A DNA stretch of 64,000 bases, from positions 8,236,047 through 8,300,046 of the forward strand of contig CM082591.2 in the NCBI GenBank assembly GCA_040954595.2, given 5' to 3'. The translations under genes were made by a program, and so were the position numbers. A model generated the notes under the pieces. That model was not told where the DNA came from and ran no database searches. It saw nothing but the letters and a program-made list of their open reading frames with translations. Shown here piece after piece: positions 49,903-63,440 of the stretch. The stretch's first letter is position 1, and the number at the start of each line of letters is the position of its first letter. The stretch is from Balanoglossus misakiensis. Taxonomy: Eukaryota > Animalia > Hemichordata.

Positions 49903-50116
49903 CCAGTGAACTTTCGATAAGATAGGGAACTCGGCCATCTGGCCAAAGCAATGCTATGTCACTGACAGCTTTACGCTTCTGGCGATGTCCAGTTTCGTCG
50001 TCAACTCTTAACTTTGCCAACTGTATTTCCTTCTTCTGGTGTTCTGTCAAGATGATATCGGCCTCAAAGTACATTCCATTTTCATCGGCGGGTTCATTCG
50101 GAGTGATGTCATCACC
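49903..50116 (-). CDS. Astacin protease exon 2: prodomain and start of catalytic domain
   Basis: GDDITPNEPADENGMYFEADIILTEHQ...GHRQKRKAVSDIALLWPDGRVPYLIESSL. Contains an FxGDI-like Asp-switch motif (FEADI), an RQKR furin-type site and the WPxGxVPY motif. CAG acceptor, GTTAGT donor. Confidence 0.93.
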
Positions 50117-50637
50117 CTGGCAACAGAATACAGATGAATATCATATCAGCCAATGATTTCTTTGTGTGACCAGCCTTTTACACCATGCCGCGTGACTTCT
50201 TTGGCTATGCAAGGCAACTACTGAAGCTGACAAATATAAGTGATGCAGGTATGAGATAGCCATATCGGCCAGGCAACCAGCCCATCGACGAGGCCCGAGT
50301 TAGCATCAGATTCAGAATAACGGTGGATTTCACCACAGGCGCCGAAATCAATGTTGCGAAACTTTAAATAGAGTGATGGCAATAGTAAATAACCTGAGAA
50401 TTCTTATTTACTGCTGTCATCACTTTGCTTTTGCAGCATTGATTCGACGCCTGTGGTGCATAAACTGAAGATGTCGTTTGAATTTGAACATGCATCTAAA
50501 TCCTGATTGAGCGGTACAACCTTATTTTTTCCAACTTGTTTCTTTCCCTGACTTAGTGTATTAGTACAAAAGTGTCCGGCGACTCGGTATTTTATAGCAC
50601 TGTGATGTTTTTTTAGCCACTGTGTATTTCTGTGTAA

Positions 50638-51792
50638 GGGAGCATTCGTTTTTTACAGGGAGGGGGGGGGGGGGGCCGGTGGAATTTGAGTCGCCGACTA
50701 AATGTAAAAGGCAACCCCCCCTGGAAATTACTTTTCTAAAATGTGACCCCCCCCCCAAAAAAAAAAATATTGGTGTATGTTCGACATACCACATAATCAA
50801 CCATGAAACCTAGTTCCTTGAATTCCAAGTAGTGCATTGTCTGCCTGATCTTGTTACGTGAAAGAGTTCATTTTCAATGTCGCCGCTATCACTTTCTGAG
50901 TCACTTTCCGCTGAATCACCTAGTTCACCTATCACTACATGTTCATCTTCTGGTTCACTGTCCTCGTCCAAGTCATCCTCTTCATCCTCCTCTTTGTCCC
51001 TCTCTTTTTTTTCAGCATCTTTTTCTCTGTTGTCAATTTATGTCTGTTCATTTACATGTCTACTGAACATTGTTTTTATTTTTTAAGTATTTGTATTCTG
51101 TGTTGGGAGACATTGTAAACCGAGAATTGAAGGGGTGGGTTTGGGAGAGGGTGTCCCCCTCCTACGTAAGAAAATTTTATAAAATACAGAGCTCAAAGCT
51201 GCATTTTAATGGACCCAGCAAAAGCAAATTAACGTCGCCGCTCAAAGTTATCATGGGGTGGGGGCAAGTCCCCTGACCTGGGACACTAGATAAACCAGTC
51301 AATGATTGAAAGGTGTTGACGAATGGAGGGGGTGGGTGTGGGAGGGGGTGTTTTTTTGTGTCCCCCTCCCACATTAGAAAATTTTGTAAATTAAAGGGTG
51401 CGAAACTGCATTTTTGTGGACTCAAAATAAATATTTAGTCGTTAAAGTTTTCAAGTCCCCCCCTTTCAGTCCCTACATTATTTCAAATCCCCCCCTTACA
51501 TACCCTCAATTTTTTCAAATCCCCCCCCTCAATTCTCCTGCCCCCCCCCCCTCCAGAGGTGTTTGTGAATGCAGAAAATTTTGTAAAATAAAGGACGCGA
51601 AACTGCATTTTTGTGGACTCAAAATAAATATTTAGCCGTCAAAGTTTTCAAATCCCCCCTTTCAGTCCCTATATAATAATCCCTTGATTATAAAATTTGT
51701 CCCCCCCTAAAAACTGCTTTGTAAAAGTAAACCCCCCCCCCTGATTTCCACCGGGCCCCCCCCCCCCCTCCCTGTAAAAAACGAATGCTCCC
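50638..51792. mobile_element. 1.15-kb PIF/Harbinger-like non-autonomous element
   Basis: taa|gggagcattcgttttttacagggag...ggccggtggaa ... ttccaccgggcc...ctccctgtaaaaaacgaatgctccc|taa. Internal ~100-bp direct repeat at ~51377 and ~51574. Confidence 0.85.
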
Positions 51793-52024
51793 TAATGTTT
51801 GTGCATGTCATGTGTGTGTACTGGATGCCGAGAGGTGGGGGAATTGGATCTAATAATATATTAATGTTTTCGCAAGCCCCCCCCCCAACATCCACCAACA
51901 TTGTTGAGCTCCTATCCCATAAAAAAACAAATATCGGGAATTTTAATGTGGCCCCATACAAAAACAGGTGCTGAAACAGGTACTGATCGTTCCTAGAGGC
52001 TTCTGATGAGTGATACAGTGGGCG

Positions 52025-52108
52025 TCAATCAATCAATCAATCAATCAATCAGTCAGTCAGTCTGTCTGTCTGTCTGTCTGTCAGCCAGTCAGCCTGTCTG
52101 TCTGTCTA
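52025..52108. repeat. Compound tetranucleotide microsatellite (TCAA)n(TCAG)n(TCTG)n
   Basis: Visible directly in the sequence. Confidence 0.9.
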
Positions 52109-53502
52109 CCCATCCACGTGCACTCACAAAAAAGTAACCAAAACATTTAGCCTACTACAGTATCATAAACGTTGCCTTCGTTCATCACAGCGCCCCGCCC
52201 CCGTAGAAGATTTGTTTCATTGGCCCCAAAGTTCTGAACACCGCCCCTAGCGTTAATTGTTCTGGTTCCCTAATTGTTTGGCGTTCATAATGGTAACTGC
52301 GTGATGAAAACCTTTAGTGACCCTCCCCTAAATGCCCGCATGCATGAAATAGGATTACCCCTGGCCCCCTTGCGCAAGATGAAAGTTTATACACTTTTTA
52401 AGTATTTAAAAAAAATATAAAACCGTCCCTTTAAAAGGACAAAGTTTCTCTCTCACTGCCCTTTTTTCATTAATTATGTTTGATACAAGACCCTGTTTAT
52501 ATTATTCTACATGTGGATATAAAGTGAATCAACGTTCGACCACACACAACTTCCATCCCACTTGTAGACACGAAAGTGAAAAACTCGCCAAAATGAATAA
52601 TCAGTGTTTAACGTTTATTCATATTGGCGAGATTTTTACTCTCATATCCTACAAATGGGATGGAAGATGTGTGTGGCCGAACATTGATTCACTATATATC
52701 CACATGTAGAATTACATAAAGACGCAAACAAAATACAAGTTTGTCGCCATGGACCTCGACGGTTCCAACTCAAGTAAAATATCTGTCGCAAAAGATACAT
52801 TATTTAGTCCCTTTGTAGCGTACATTCAAAGAAAAAAATTGAACAAGGCCGAAAGACTGAAGTTCAAATTCAATAGTAACGAGTTATTGAAAGCCAACAA
52901 AGGGTGCAAACTACTACAAGTACATTCCATTGTGATCCTGGAATGGCGAACTGGTCAGCAATTGTCACATTATGAAATAAAACAATTGAATTTACATCTA
53001 TAGGAGGCCAAAGAAACAACCGTAAACGTTAACATCAAAATATCTGATACAACAACTAACTAGAGGGACGTGACATGAAAGTCTCGCTGTTCTCTCTATG
53101 ATGAATATCACACAGTCAGTGTGCAGTACCTAAGCTCATAAAATAAACGAAAGCAATCTGAATCTTTTCTGGTTCTCAAGAAAAGTACATAAATTAAACT
53201 CTCTGAATCAGACCCTGCAACACAAACCCACGGTGTTCAGCATAAAATTAAATATACCCCATGTGTAGCTTGTAGTCAACATAAAATATTGAAAAGAAAA
53301 TGTCGCACGAGAACTGCAGAATAAATTGCATCTATCTCCTGGCTACTTTAGCAGACAAAAACCTGACAAAATCGTGTACTTGTTTCATCGAGGAAAAGTC
53401 TCACGTCTCTATCTTGTCGATATCTCACAAAATCCCGGACCAAATCCAAGAAAAATACGAACAGCCTGAAATATAACACAAAACAAGAGAAACTATACTC
53501 AC

Positions 53503-53574
53503 CTCTAAAACAGGGTGATGTAGAGACAGTCTTGGTATGTCAGTAAACAACCATAAAAACAACAAAAACTTCAT
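53503..53574 (-). CDS. Astacin (BP10/SpAN-like) metalloprotease, exon 1: signal peptide
   Basis: ATG at 53574 gives MKFLLFLWLFTDIPRLSLHHPVLE, then a GTGAGT donor (phase 0, in frame with exon 2). A TATA box lies ~85 bp upstream. Confidence 0.8.
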
Positions 53575-53656
53575 CGCTACAGACGTCAAGTTCGTTCAAG
53601 TTCAATACTGACACTAAACGCCAAACAAGAACTGTGAAAAACCTTCTAAAGGGGGC

Positions 53657-53697
53657 TTATATATGCACGCTTTGGTATGGATGGTTTCCATGGTTAC
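53657..53697 (-). promoter_or_regulatory. Putative astacin gene core promoter: TATA box plus RFX X-box-like motif
   Basis: Minus-strand TATATAA at ~53657-53663, ~85 bp upstream of the ATG. GTAACCATGGAAAC (53684-53697) fits the X-box consensus GTHNYYATRRNAAC. Confidence 0.45.
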
Positions 53698-54632
53698 TTT
53701 AGATAAACCATGATAGGCGGAGTGCGTGCTGTCATTTCACGCGCTCCTTTATTAGCTAACGTAATTAATCACTATAGCAGACCATTTCTCGGGACCAAAG
53801 TCATTATCACAGAATATGCATTGTCTTTTGAATGTACTGGTATATTCAAGAAGTTCGTTAAATTAGCATACGTATTGAATCTACCTGTTGTAGCGTGACG
53901 TCCAATATCAATCCAATGTTAGGCAGGGTTGCCTTCGCGTCATTGCCATTGTCAAGGTCGGGTACTTTAATTACAGTGGTAAACTTCACAGTGTTTGTTA
54001 TGTCTCAGTACGTCCGGAGTTAGTCCGTTAAAGGTCAATGACTTTCAAACATTCCTGTTTTTTTTGTCTTTGCGTCAGTTTTTTTTTCAAAATAGATGAG
54101 ACTGGAGGACATTGACTCAAACATGGCAGATGTGAAGCTGTCGTCAGATCCTGTCCAGAGTACGACGTGACAAATGCGCGAAATTTATTAGTGGACGCGT
54201 CTTTTTGAACCTTTCTTGTGAAAACGCTGCAAGAAATTTGACAAGCCATGGCGATCGCTGTCTGTGATTTTTCCTCCGATCGCGAATAGACAAGGTGTCG
54301 AAGAATACTGCCTCGTTCGAATTTGAAAAAGAAATATGCAACACTGCAAAAAGGGACTTTTTTGATACTCTGTTCCTGGTGAATTTCTTAATTTACTTAT
54401 TTCAAATTATAAAACAGAGCTGGATACTTAACGGTGACTATTTCATTACCTATAGAATTTTAAATTGTTGTATTTGGACGCGCGCCCGTCAATCTCACTT
54501 TAGCAGAATCTAAAACGAAGGACGGGGTAGGAAAGTGTTATGTCCATGAAATATAGAGAAATACAGTAATGTCTCAACAAAATAAAGCCGATGACGTTGA
54601 TCACTTTAGAAAATAAGACAAAAACCCACAAA

Positions 54633-54800
54633 TACAGTCAAACCCCTGTTAGTAGCCACCTCTATATGTAGTGGCCACTTTGTTACAGTCCCTGTGCAAT
54701 TCCCATGTACATTAATTGACCTGTCTATAAAGGCCATCTGTCTATAAAGGCCAGTTTAGGAAAATCTCTTGACTGGCCACTATAGACAGCTACGACTGTA
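54633..54800. mobile_element. pogo-like MITE (related inverted copy at ~56019-56169)
   Basis: tacagtc...gactgta ends; shared gtggccactttgt.acagtccctgtgca core. Confidence 0.6.
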
Positions 54801-56384
54801 ACTAAAAAAACGAAGGACACAGAAATCTCCACGAAATAAACCACTGTCCTTCGTTTAGTACCCCCACCATTTTAATATTCTCTTGGGAAGATGTTCTTTA
54901 AATAAAGTACTTTGCTTTCTGTTCTCTTATATGGATTTCTCAATATGATCAGTGTAATGTTATTCAATCTGACGTTGGATAGGGCTGATGTTGGTTAGGG
55001 GCTGGCTTGTGTAAGGGCTATGGGCATGCCGGGCATTCAACGTCAGATTGACGTCATCACAGTAAGAACGACAATGGAAGGGAAGCTATATTTTATGTAT
55101 GTCATAAAATTGTCCTTCAATATATAACAGAAAACAGCAATTCAGTCCTGTAGTTTGGTTAAATGGAAGCGTTCTTCCCCGGAATGTCAGATAGGGTAGT
55201 GAGTCGTTAGCGTATCTATGTAACAGAATCTTTTATGCTAAAGAATTTCTAATTGCTTTCCCAAGAATACTGGTCAACTTGTTTTTTGTTTTATTTAAAT
55301 AATAGGTGGACACCGTTTTTTGGTGTTTTATTGGTAGGTTGGGCGTATTTAAACGTGCATCTTATGCAAATTGACCGACTCCTGCAGGGTGAAAAAAACA
55401 ACTTACAGTCCCCAAGTGGAATCGCTATTAATTTTTTTCAGCACACAACTCTTTGATTTGAACACATGCCCCAGATGATTCAGTATTAACTTTCAAAAAA
55501 ATTCCCTAAAATTACCCTAAATTTGATCCAACGCAGTCAACGTAATCGGTATTTGACCCCCAGGTTACTCCCACCAATTTCATACAGGATTCCCTACTCC
55601 CATATTTTTTAAAGATTTTCGTGATAAAGTATCCCATCCGGGCGTCACATACACACGGCGTACACCTTTCTATGGAAATTCCCGGGTTTGAAACACTCAT
55701 GCAATGAGATACAGTTATACTGCCTTGAATTTATGATATTGTCGCTGAATCGGGTTCAGAATTTCTTGAAACTTTTATGGTTTAGTGGTAAGCAGCTGTA
55801 TCGTGGGGTAGGGTAATCAGCTCCCCCAACGGTACAGCTGCGTACCACAGCTAGTTAAGATCTCAAGCAAACCCGCCAACATCAAAGTACCAGCGACGGT
55901 GTGATTATTTGCGAGTTAAGTTATTGCGAGTGTCGCCACAGGGATTGGAAAATTGCCAATAATATTCAGAACGGCGTTTTTGATGAATAAAATGGCTACC
56001 GAAAAGCAAAATACGTACTACAGTAAAACCTGCCTATTACAGTCAAGGGACTTTCCTAAACTGGCCTTTATAGACAGATGGCCTTTATAAACAGGTCAGT
56101 TAATGCACATGAAAACTGCACAGGGACTGTTACAAAGTGGCCACTATATAGATGTGGCCACTAACTGTAGTACCTTGCTCGACGGACGGGGGGGGGGGGC
56201 GCTGGGTGCGGTCCAAGTTCAAAACAACAACCCATTATTGTATGCTCAAAAAGTTGACCCATTGTTAGGTATTTCTAGTCAATATTACGCGAATGACAGC
56301 GTGGTGTAAATTACACCGTATATTATTTCAGGTTCTCAAAAATCTGGGCTATGACGAAATGATGATCACTATGGCCACTTTGAC

Positions 56385-56484
56385 GTTTGAGGGGCACTCC
56401 GTACCTCCACTCTGCCTCCTTCCGGGGCCTGGGCTCCACCTATCCATCCACCCAGGCGGAGGTACGGAGCGCCCTCAAACGACT
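56385..56484. mobile_element. Short foldback MITE (cgtttgagg...ctccgtacctcc / ggaggtacggagcgccctcaaacg)
   Basis: Inverted repeat; the same end sequence (tagtcgtttgagggcgctcc) occurs at ~2318-2338. Confidence 0.55.
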
Positions 56485-57879
56485 GTACCTTACAGTCTAA
56501 CGTGGAAAGAGTCTCGCAGGATTTATTAAATGCTATTTCATGATAATATATCAAGCTCAACACTTATTTATGACAAAATGGCCAAAAATTCAAGAAAAAC
56601 GAAAATTCCTGAAATTTTTAAAAAAGTGCAATATTGCAATGGAAAATGAAAATCTGATGTCTCAGTGGTGTACATTTACTTCCATTAGCTCAAGTGGATG
56701 AGATCATGTTTTGTTTATGAAGTTTCACAACCGGAAATGCGACATTTTCATTGTTTCTTTCATTTTCCCATGGTGGCGGCCATAATCGCTTGCGGCAAAG
56801 CTTTATTATTTATCTGGTTAAAACTTGCATATGCACTCATATTTAGGGTTTATAATGCTTGTGTATAGTTCACTGCCTTCATCTGCATGGACTAATGGTA
56901 GTGCAGTGTGAAAAAAAAATTATGAAAATTATCCCAAAAGTTACAGCTTACGTGCCTTTAAATGACAAAACCTTTGAACTCTAGCTTATAACTAAGAAGT
57001 ATTTTCAGATAAAATAGTACAAGTTGTGAATTTTCAAATAGAACGAGATATCACAGAGATATCAGGCGTCAAGTTCATGTGTAAGAATGGTTAAGATGAC
57101 GCATTCCTTTATGAGTTAATAAGGTTTGGTGAAATTTAATTCATATCATTCCTTCTTGAGGTAGCGAAATCCATGATGGGAGCTAATGATCATGGAGAGC
57201 TGTACATGTACTTGTAAATTTTACGCGCAGTTGTACCAGAGCTTTGTGTTACTCGGAAAACCTGTTGTAAGTCTCTGTCTACGAAAGGATTGCGTTCTGT
57301 CAGGTACCTCTTTCAGTCTGTGAATATGTTGGGTGGGGGTGGAGAGATTTTACACTCTCGGCCTTCGGACGAGGCTGATTCCCTACTAAAAGACCGACGA
57401 ATGAAACGTCCGAAGGGTGAGATGGTGACAAACATTTTCCGATTAGGAACAATTGCAGAAAGGAATATTCCCTTCGTGATTCAATGAACTCCGAGGGAAG
57501 TTTTCATACCGAGAGAACTTTATTATTGTTGAACATTTATTGACTTTAGAACTTTTATGTAATGATAGAAATATTTGAATATTGAGTGTAAGGCTGAGCT
57601 GGATTATAAGAAAGACCCGATCCGGATTTATTCATGGCCACCGGCCAAACAGTACAAAGAATCCAAGTATTACAGGTATTTGTCGCTGGTACAGTAGAAA
57701 AATAAACGCACTGTCAAAATTCTGGAGATAGAACAACATATATAGACATAATAAACTATGCATGTACATTATTCGAATTTTCACGTTTTGTCTACGTTAA
57801 CGTTTTGTCGCGTAAAATAAGTATCTGCTGAGGATGCGAACAGTTTTTTCTTTCTCTGAGGAAAGAATGTAATTGTTTA

Positions 57880-58680
57880 TGGGGAACAGGGGGTTGTGAT
57901 AATAATATGGGATAAAGGAATTCGTCTTCGACACATTTCAAAGTACACAGGACACGCAGCCTTACATGCCGTGGACTATTATTATTCCAGCGTCCGGACT
58001 CAGTCTTCGCTTGCTCAAACGAAAAAAGTGAAACCAGTTTTGAACCCGGGGCATACTTGCCCACCAGAAACAGACTTGGAATTAGCGATAGAATTATTAC
58101 TCTTTGAACAGTGAGCAGAGATTCTATATTTGCACAGGACTAATCTGAATATAGGTTTCTCAATCTGTGACAAATATGGTTCTACACGGAGTTCTTTTTT
58201 CAAAGTTGAATTGGTTTCCAACCTTCTAGGGTGACTCATATTTTCCATCCACACATCTTTGTTTAACAATCGTTAAAAACATAGTTTGATTTCCGACACC
58301 TTGATTTCCCATACTTCACCAAAACCATAATTTTGTAGCAAAAACGTGCACTTTTCGCCCAAAACTTATAACGTGTAACTTCAATCATATTATACAAAGC
58401 TGGATTTCATAGCATTTTCTTACAATTCTATTCTTATCCATGTTCAAAACACGTAGCCAATATTTGATGATTATACCATAGATGTAAATCCTTTCTGGCC
58501 AATTTACGCTTCTCGTGGTTGTTATTGAGGTAATGTTATGCAGCTTTAAAGCAGAACGCATCATTTTGTTGTCAAGTTTTTTTCAATGTCTTGAGCTGGA
58601 TGGAAGTTCCCCCAGATTTCTGAACCATAATATGCCAAAGTGCCGACTGGCCAAAAGCGAAAATTGTGAGACAATTTATG
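57880..58680 (-). mobile_element. Degenerate non-LTR retrotransposon ORF2 C-terminal relic (RTE-X-like)
   Basis: Minus-strand fragments YYGSEIWG, IIKYWLRVL, EPYL...LCKYRISAH and LCTLKCVEDE, broken by frameshifts. Clade assignment is an inference. Confidence 0.75.
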
Positions 58681-59459
58681 AGCTCAGGGTATAACGTATG
58701 TGTGTTAGTTACGTGTGCATGTGTGTGGGCGTGTGTGTGTGTGCGCGCGTGGTGTATATATCGCTGTGAAAATTCTTCTGTGCTGTAAAGCTACTAGAAA
58801 TGTATTTCACAAGCACACTACCTGTCGACAAATCGTCGTCAATCGCGGCCAATCCGTGCCCTAGTTCTGGTCAGAAAAATAGCCATCGGCACAGGGTCAT
58901 GTGTCAAGACACACACAAAATATCATCGGGTCATTTGTTCTGTTCATGCATCACATGTAGTCATGTGTTGAGTGACTGTGTTCTGTCATAGCCCAAAGTT
59001 AGTTTTGGAGCTCGAAATTCTTTTCACCAGCTGCAGACAATCGCCATGTTTCCACCTTCAAAAACCTCACCAGCAATCAAAAGTTTCTCTTGTCGGTTTG
59101 CCCCTGGAATTCTAGCCTTTTATGCATGCTTTTTGGAAAGATTTGCTTATTAAAACACACATGTACTAAACAAATGGAGAATAAACCGACTCACAGTGGA
59201 ATGAACCACGGCGTGGAATTTCTATGGTCGTGAATGAACATTATACTTACTCTACCGATTTTGCTGAGGAATTGCCCAGTGAAGTTATCAGTCCTTACTT
59301 TACTTTATCTGAAATAATTGTAGCCTTGGTGGGCTGGTTGGGTGGCTTTTTTGCTGGATCCATGCTGCTTGCGCGATATTGGTTGGGCCTAGCGCGAGCC
59401 GCACCGTCCACCCACCAAACTAGCCCACCAAGGCCAAAATTTTGCAGCTATCATTTACT

Positions 59460-59613
59460 CAATCTGATTAAAATCAGATGTAGGGTAGGGTGACGTCTTT
59501 TACTTATGCGGCACGGTATCCTTATGCTGTCGCCTCACACTACAGCATCAGTGAGAATACTGCCGCGTAAGTAAATGACGTCGCCGTACTCTACATCTGA
59601 TTTTAATCAGATT
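59460..59613. mobile_element. Palindromic element caatctgattaaaatcagatgtag...ctacatctgattttaatcagattg
   Basis: 24-bp perfect terminal inverted repeat. Partial copies at 6913-6970 and 47789-47857. Confidence 0.7.
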
Positions 59614-60495
59614 GCTTTACTAATTAGCTGCAGTTCAACAGCTCGACCTACTGAACTGCAGCTATCCTGTACTGTGTCTTTTGAACCCTTTCAGCGAACA
59701 TTTCGCGAAAAATATGGGCCTGGTTGTTAAAATAAATTTGTCACATTCTTGTTCTCCCAGTTAAGCTGTAAAGCTAGTAATTTGCTTAAATGGACAAACC
59801 ATGGATAGAGAGAAAACATCTTCAGTTTGTGTATGGGCGTACATACGAGGAGCGATATGGACTGTTGACAGTAATGGCTTCCGGAAATGTGATTTGCTAC
59901 TACTTACACGCTGATCATACCTTAGCCATGACATACAGACAACCATTATGCAAATATTGATCTCCATGGAAACATGCAAAGTATCGCATTATGTAAATTT
60001 TATGACATGATCAGGGTGTTAGTGTCAATTGTGCTTGTTTTCTTTTTAATTATTTCGCTGTAGTTATCATGTAAGAGAGTGAATCCTTGGTTGATATATA
60101 AAAAACATAACGGCATATGTAACAGCTCGTCGCCATAACAACATCAACAGATATAATAGTCTACAGTTTAAAGCTCGTCTATAGCGGTATGGTACAGTTC
60201 TTTCGTTTGTCATTGCCTCCTGTTTTCGTTTTGTGCGAGAGTCCCTTTGTCTGTTCAATTGAAACCCCGCATGTGAATTCAACAAAGAACAAACAATCTC
60301 TGTCCCTCGGACCTGTGTTGCTTGGGAGTGGCAAATATGCTTTCAGGCCGGCAGTATACCCACGCACCCTGATTTCAATCGACAGGCGTGACCTCATTTA
60401 TATATCGGCTTCTATTTACAAACAGACCACTGTTGCCCGTGGTTTCACCCGAGCAGCGCCACTATAACTCTTTCATTTCACTCTACGCCTTGAAG

Positions 60496-61588
60496 ATGAG
60501 CAGACGTGATTTGTACGGTCGCTCTGTGTCGTTTGGCAGACCAAGCACCAGTCTTGGATACCTGGACAAGACAGACCACTCAACATGTCTTCACTCTCTG
60601 TGTGACGACTGCTTGGGGAGAGTGATGCAAGCCACGAAAATCGCGAAACGTCGCCCTAAATGTCCAGATTGTCAGCGTTATTACCCGATTCCGGCTGGTG
60701 CTGATATTGATTACTATGACGACCTCGAGGGAGACCCTTTACGATTCAGAGATTCGCGAGAATTCAGCTCCCTCTACCAACCGTATGGTAGAAAACCACC
60801 ATCACCAGGGTGCATCCAATGCGAGTATATTTCACGCGCGCCATACTCTGATCTTCACCGACACCCGAAGTCAGCGATCGCCAGCCGAAAACTCCTCGGA
60901 CTAGATAACGAGCGTGGTTTCAGCGACGTGTCCGTGTATGGAAAGCGATACGGCACTCGAGTGGGCTCGCCAGATGCCGGTAGATACGCGTACGGGAACG
61001 ACTATGGCGACCAAGCGTTATACGGGCAGCGTTACACTGGTCTAGAAAGACCAGTGACACGAGGAAGACAGCTCGCGTTCAGCAGTCACAGCTACAAAGT
61101 GAACGAACCGGAGGTGTCGGTGTACAGTCGCGATTACACTGATGTTTCGGGTCAAGGTTTGAAGCGAAGCTTAGTGCCGAATCTGAGAGGGAGTCAGTCT
61201 CGACTCGGTTTTGCCGGCGACTACCGCGGAGCATCGTCGGTTCATTGGCAGAATGATGACGACACCTATCTATACTCGACAGCGCGGGCACCAACCACGA
61301 AAGTCTCCTACACTATCCCCAAATACGTGATCTACGGACAGCCTGAAATTATTTCCTTGACGGTACTTGAGTGGTACGACGGCCGAATGTCGAGAAACGG
61401 AGACCACGAGATCGTTGCTGCGTTAGAGCGACCGGACGGTACTACGCGCCCATTGCGAGTAGTTCAACACGGCGGTGGAAGATATATAATCGAATTTTGT
61501 GAGGCTTTCCACGGAAGATATCGTCTGAAGCTTTTCATTGATGGCCAAAGAGTGGCCCAGTCACCGTTCTTCATTGAAGTCATCGATG
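60496..61588 (+). CDS. TRIM-derived protein exon 1: partial RING, low-complexity Y/G/R/S region, filamin-type Ig repeat
   Basis: ATG at 60496. TCLHSLCDDCL...KCPDCQ is the C-terminal half of a RING. ALERPDG...GGGRYIIEF...GRYRLKLFIDGQRVAQSPFFIEV is a filamin repeat. The exon ends at a G|GTTAGT donor; unspliced, the ORF stops at 61593. Confidence 0.85.
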
Positions 61589-62746
61589 GTTAGTATCTGG
61601 AATCAATCTGTACATATAATTGTGTAATGTTAATCACTTTCTCATTAATAATTAATTTCCGTGTCTTCACGTGCTGAAATCGAGAATGAAATTTCTTTTA
61701 GCTTTATGTTGCTTACCGTACGTTATTACGTGTTTTTGATTCTCGTAAACATTGCGACTTTAAAAATTGGTTATTTACGAATTTTTGATTCTCGTAATTA
61801 CGAATTTTTGAAAAACATGTTATTACGATTTTTCAAACTTTCGTAATTCCGTTATTACGTCTTGTTACAACTAATTTTTCCTAACTTTTAAAGAAAATGA
61901 CCGAATGATTTCTCAGTATTTATGGCAAGGAAGCTACGGTTTGGTACTTCAGACGACACATCAATTCATCTATTGTCACGCTCCTTGGTTATGTTTAACT
62001 GACACAGAGCATAGGGGTGGAAATACAAGGCTTTTGTTCATTTCATTCAGAGACTTTCTTTAGTACAGATTTTGCATTTGCCTGGCAGCGGGCAGCTGCG
62101 GTAAGCTTGCCCGGCAGCCGTCGAGGAATTTATCCCCGCCCCAAAGATTGTCGGATGAACCCCTCACGCAAAACCTAGTACCTTGCCAGCAAGCTCCCCC
62201 CCCCCCCCCCCCCTCAGTTCGGACAGTTGCACCGTCAACAGAGCAAAAGCATCCTGTTTATCATCCTCTGTCATAACCTTGTACTATGAAAGTTCAGTTT
62301 GAAAATGAAGACCTCAGTAAAACAAGACGGTCTTGAGGCATTTTTACCTTGTAAAATCTCAAAAACGAGATTTCACAAAAAGTCAAAAATTCGGACAAAG
62401 GGCGATATTATTTGTAGCACGTTTCTCCTGCCAGCACGTTGGAGAAATTGCACAAACTATCCCTCCCCACAAATAGCTGTATGTGTTTCCACAGCTACTA
62501 ACTAGTAATTGTTAGTAGTAGTTATATTTCAATAGTGCAGGCAGTTTGTGTATGTCATTTCGTAAATACTGCCTCGATTGACGAATATTGACGTTTCTTG
62601 ACCTCTGTAATGAAGAGTCCGATGTAGAAATCCCCTCTTGTTGTGAACAATGTTTTCAGCGTGTCAACGCTGACATGCATGACGTCCAAATTACAGTCAC
62701 TCGTTTTACAGTGTATCTCAATCACAATTTCTTCCTTTCCTGGCAG

Positions 62747-62820
62747 GTTGGCTCATGGGTAAACGCATGAAGGTCGGTACCACTGTAATCAGAGCAAAGG
62801 ATGTGAGGGACGGAAATCTG
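62747..62820 (+). CDS. TRIM-derived protein exon 2: start of MIB/HERC2-like domain
   Basis: Polypyrimidine tract plus CAG acceptor, phase 1 matching exon 1. Encodes (G)WLMGKRMKVGTTVIRAKDVRDGNL; GTAAGT donor. Confidence 0.75.
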
Positions 62821-63440
62821 GTAAGTCGATCAATTCACGGCAAATGACAATTGGATGTACTGATATCAATACATGTATATGAGCATTTATGCGGGCGATT
62901 GTCAACAAAAGAACTACCGTATTCTTTTGGTGACGTCACATTCTCTGTAAATTTCGACAGAATGACTGTGACCTATTTTCTTCTCACTAATAAACAAAAT
63001 CCTGATTTTCCCGATCTGGAATGGAATAGCTAGCTTTAGGCCTATGATATTCACGGGAATAGTTAAATTTCCATGTTATCCTGTTAGATCTCGGAACTCT
63101 AATTCCACCTGCAGATTCACATAATCACCCATGTCTTAATATGTGCAACATACACCTATATAACATATAGGACAAGCAAGCACGTTCAGCTGTTGTACAC
63201 ATTTGACAATATTAAGTGACTCTTTTCCGACGAGATACCTGATCTTTTCTGATAACATGAAACATAGTTATGTTAGATGTAAGGAGCTACAACGCGTGTT
63301 GGCTGAAAGGATGTCTTTATTGTATTGTGTCTAAAACACCACGTGTGAATGGTCCATTAATGTGTATACACGCACACACTTTAAGATTTCTCAACTCGAA
63401 AAATTACATGTTTCGATTTTCTCGTTTTTTCCCCTCACAG

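Noticed and set aside
50811-51040. Acidic stretch as an extra astacin exon
   Set aside because: It lies inside a TIR element and ends in a stop, with no phase-compatible splice sites. Exons 1 and 2 already join in frame.
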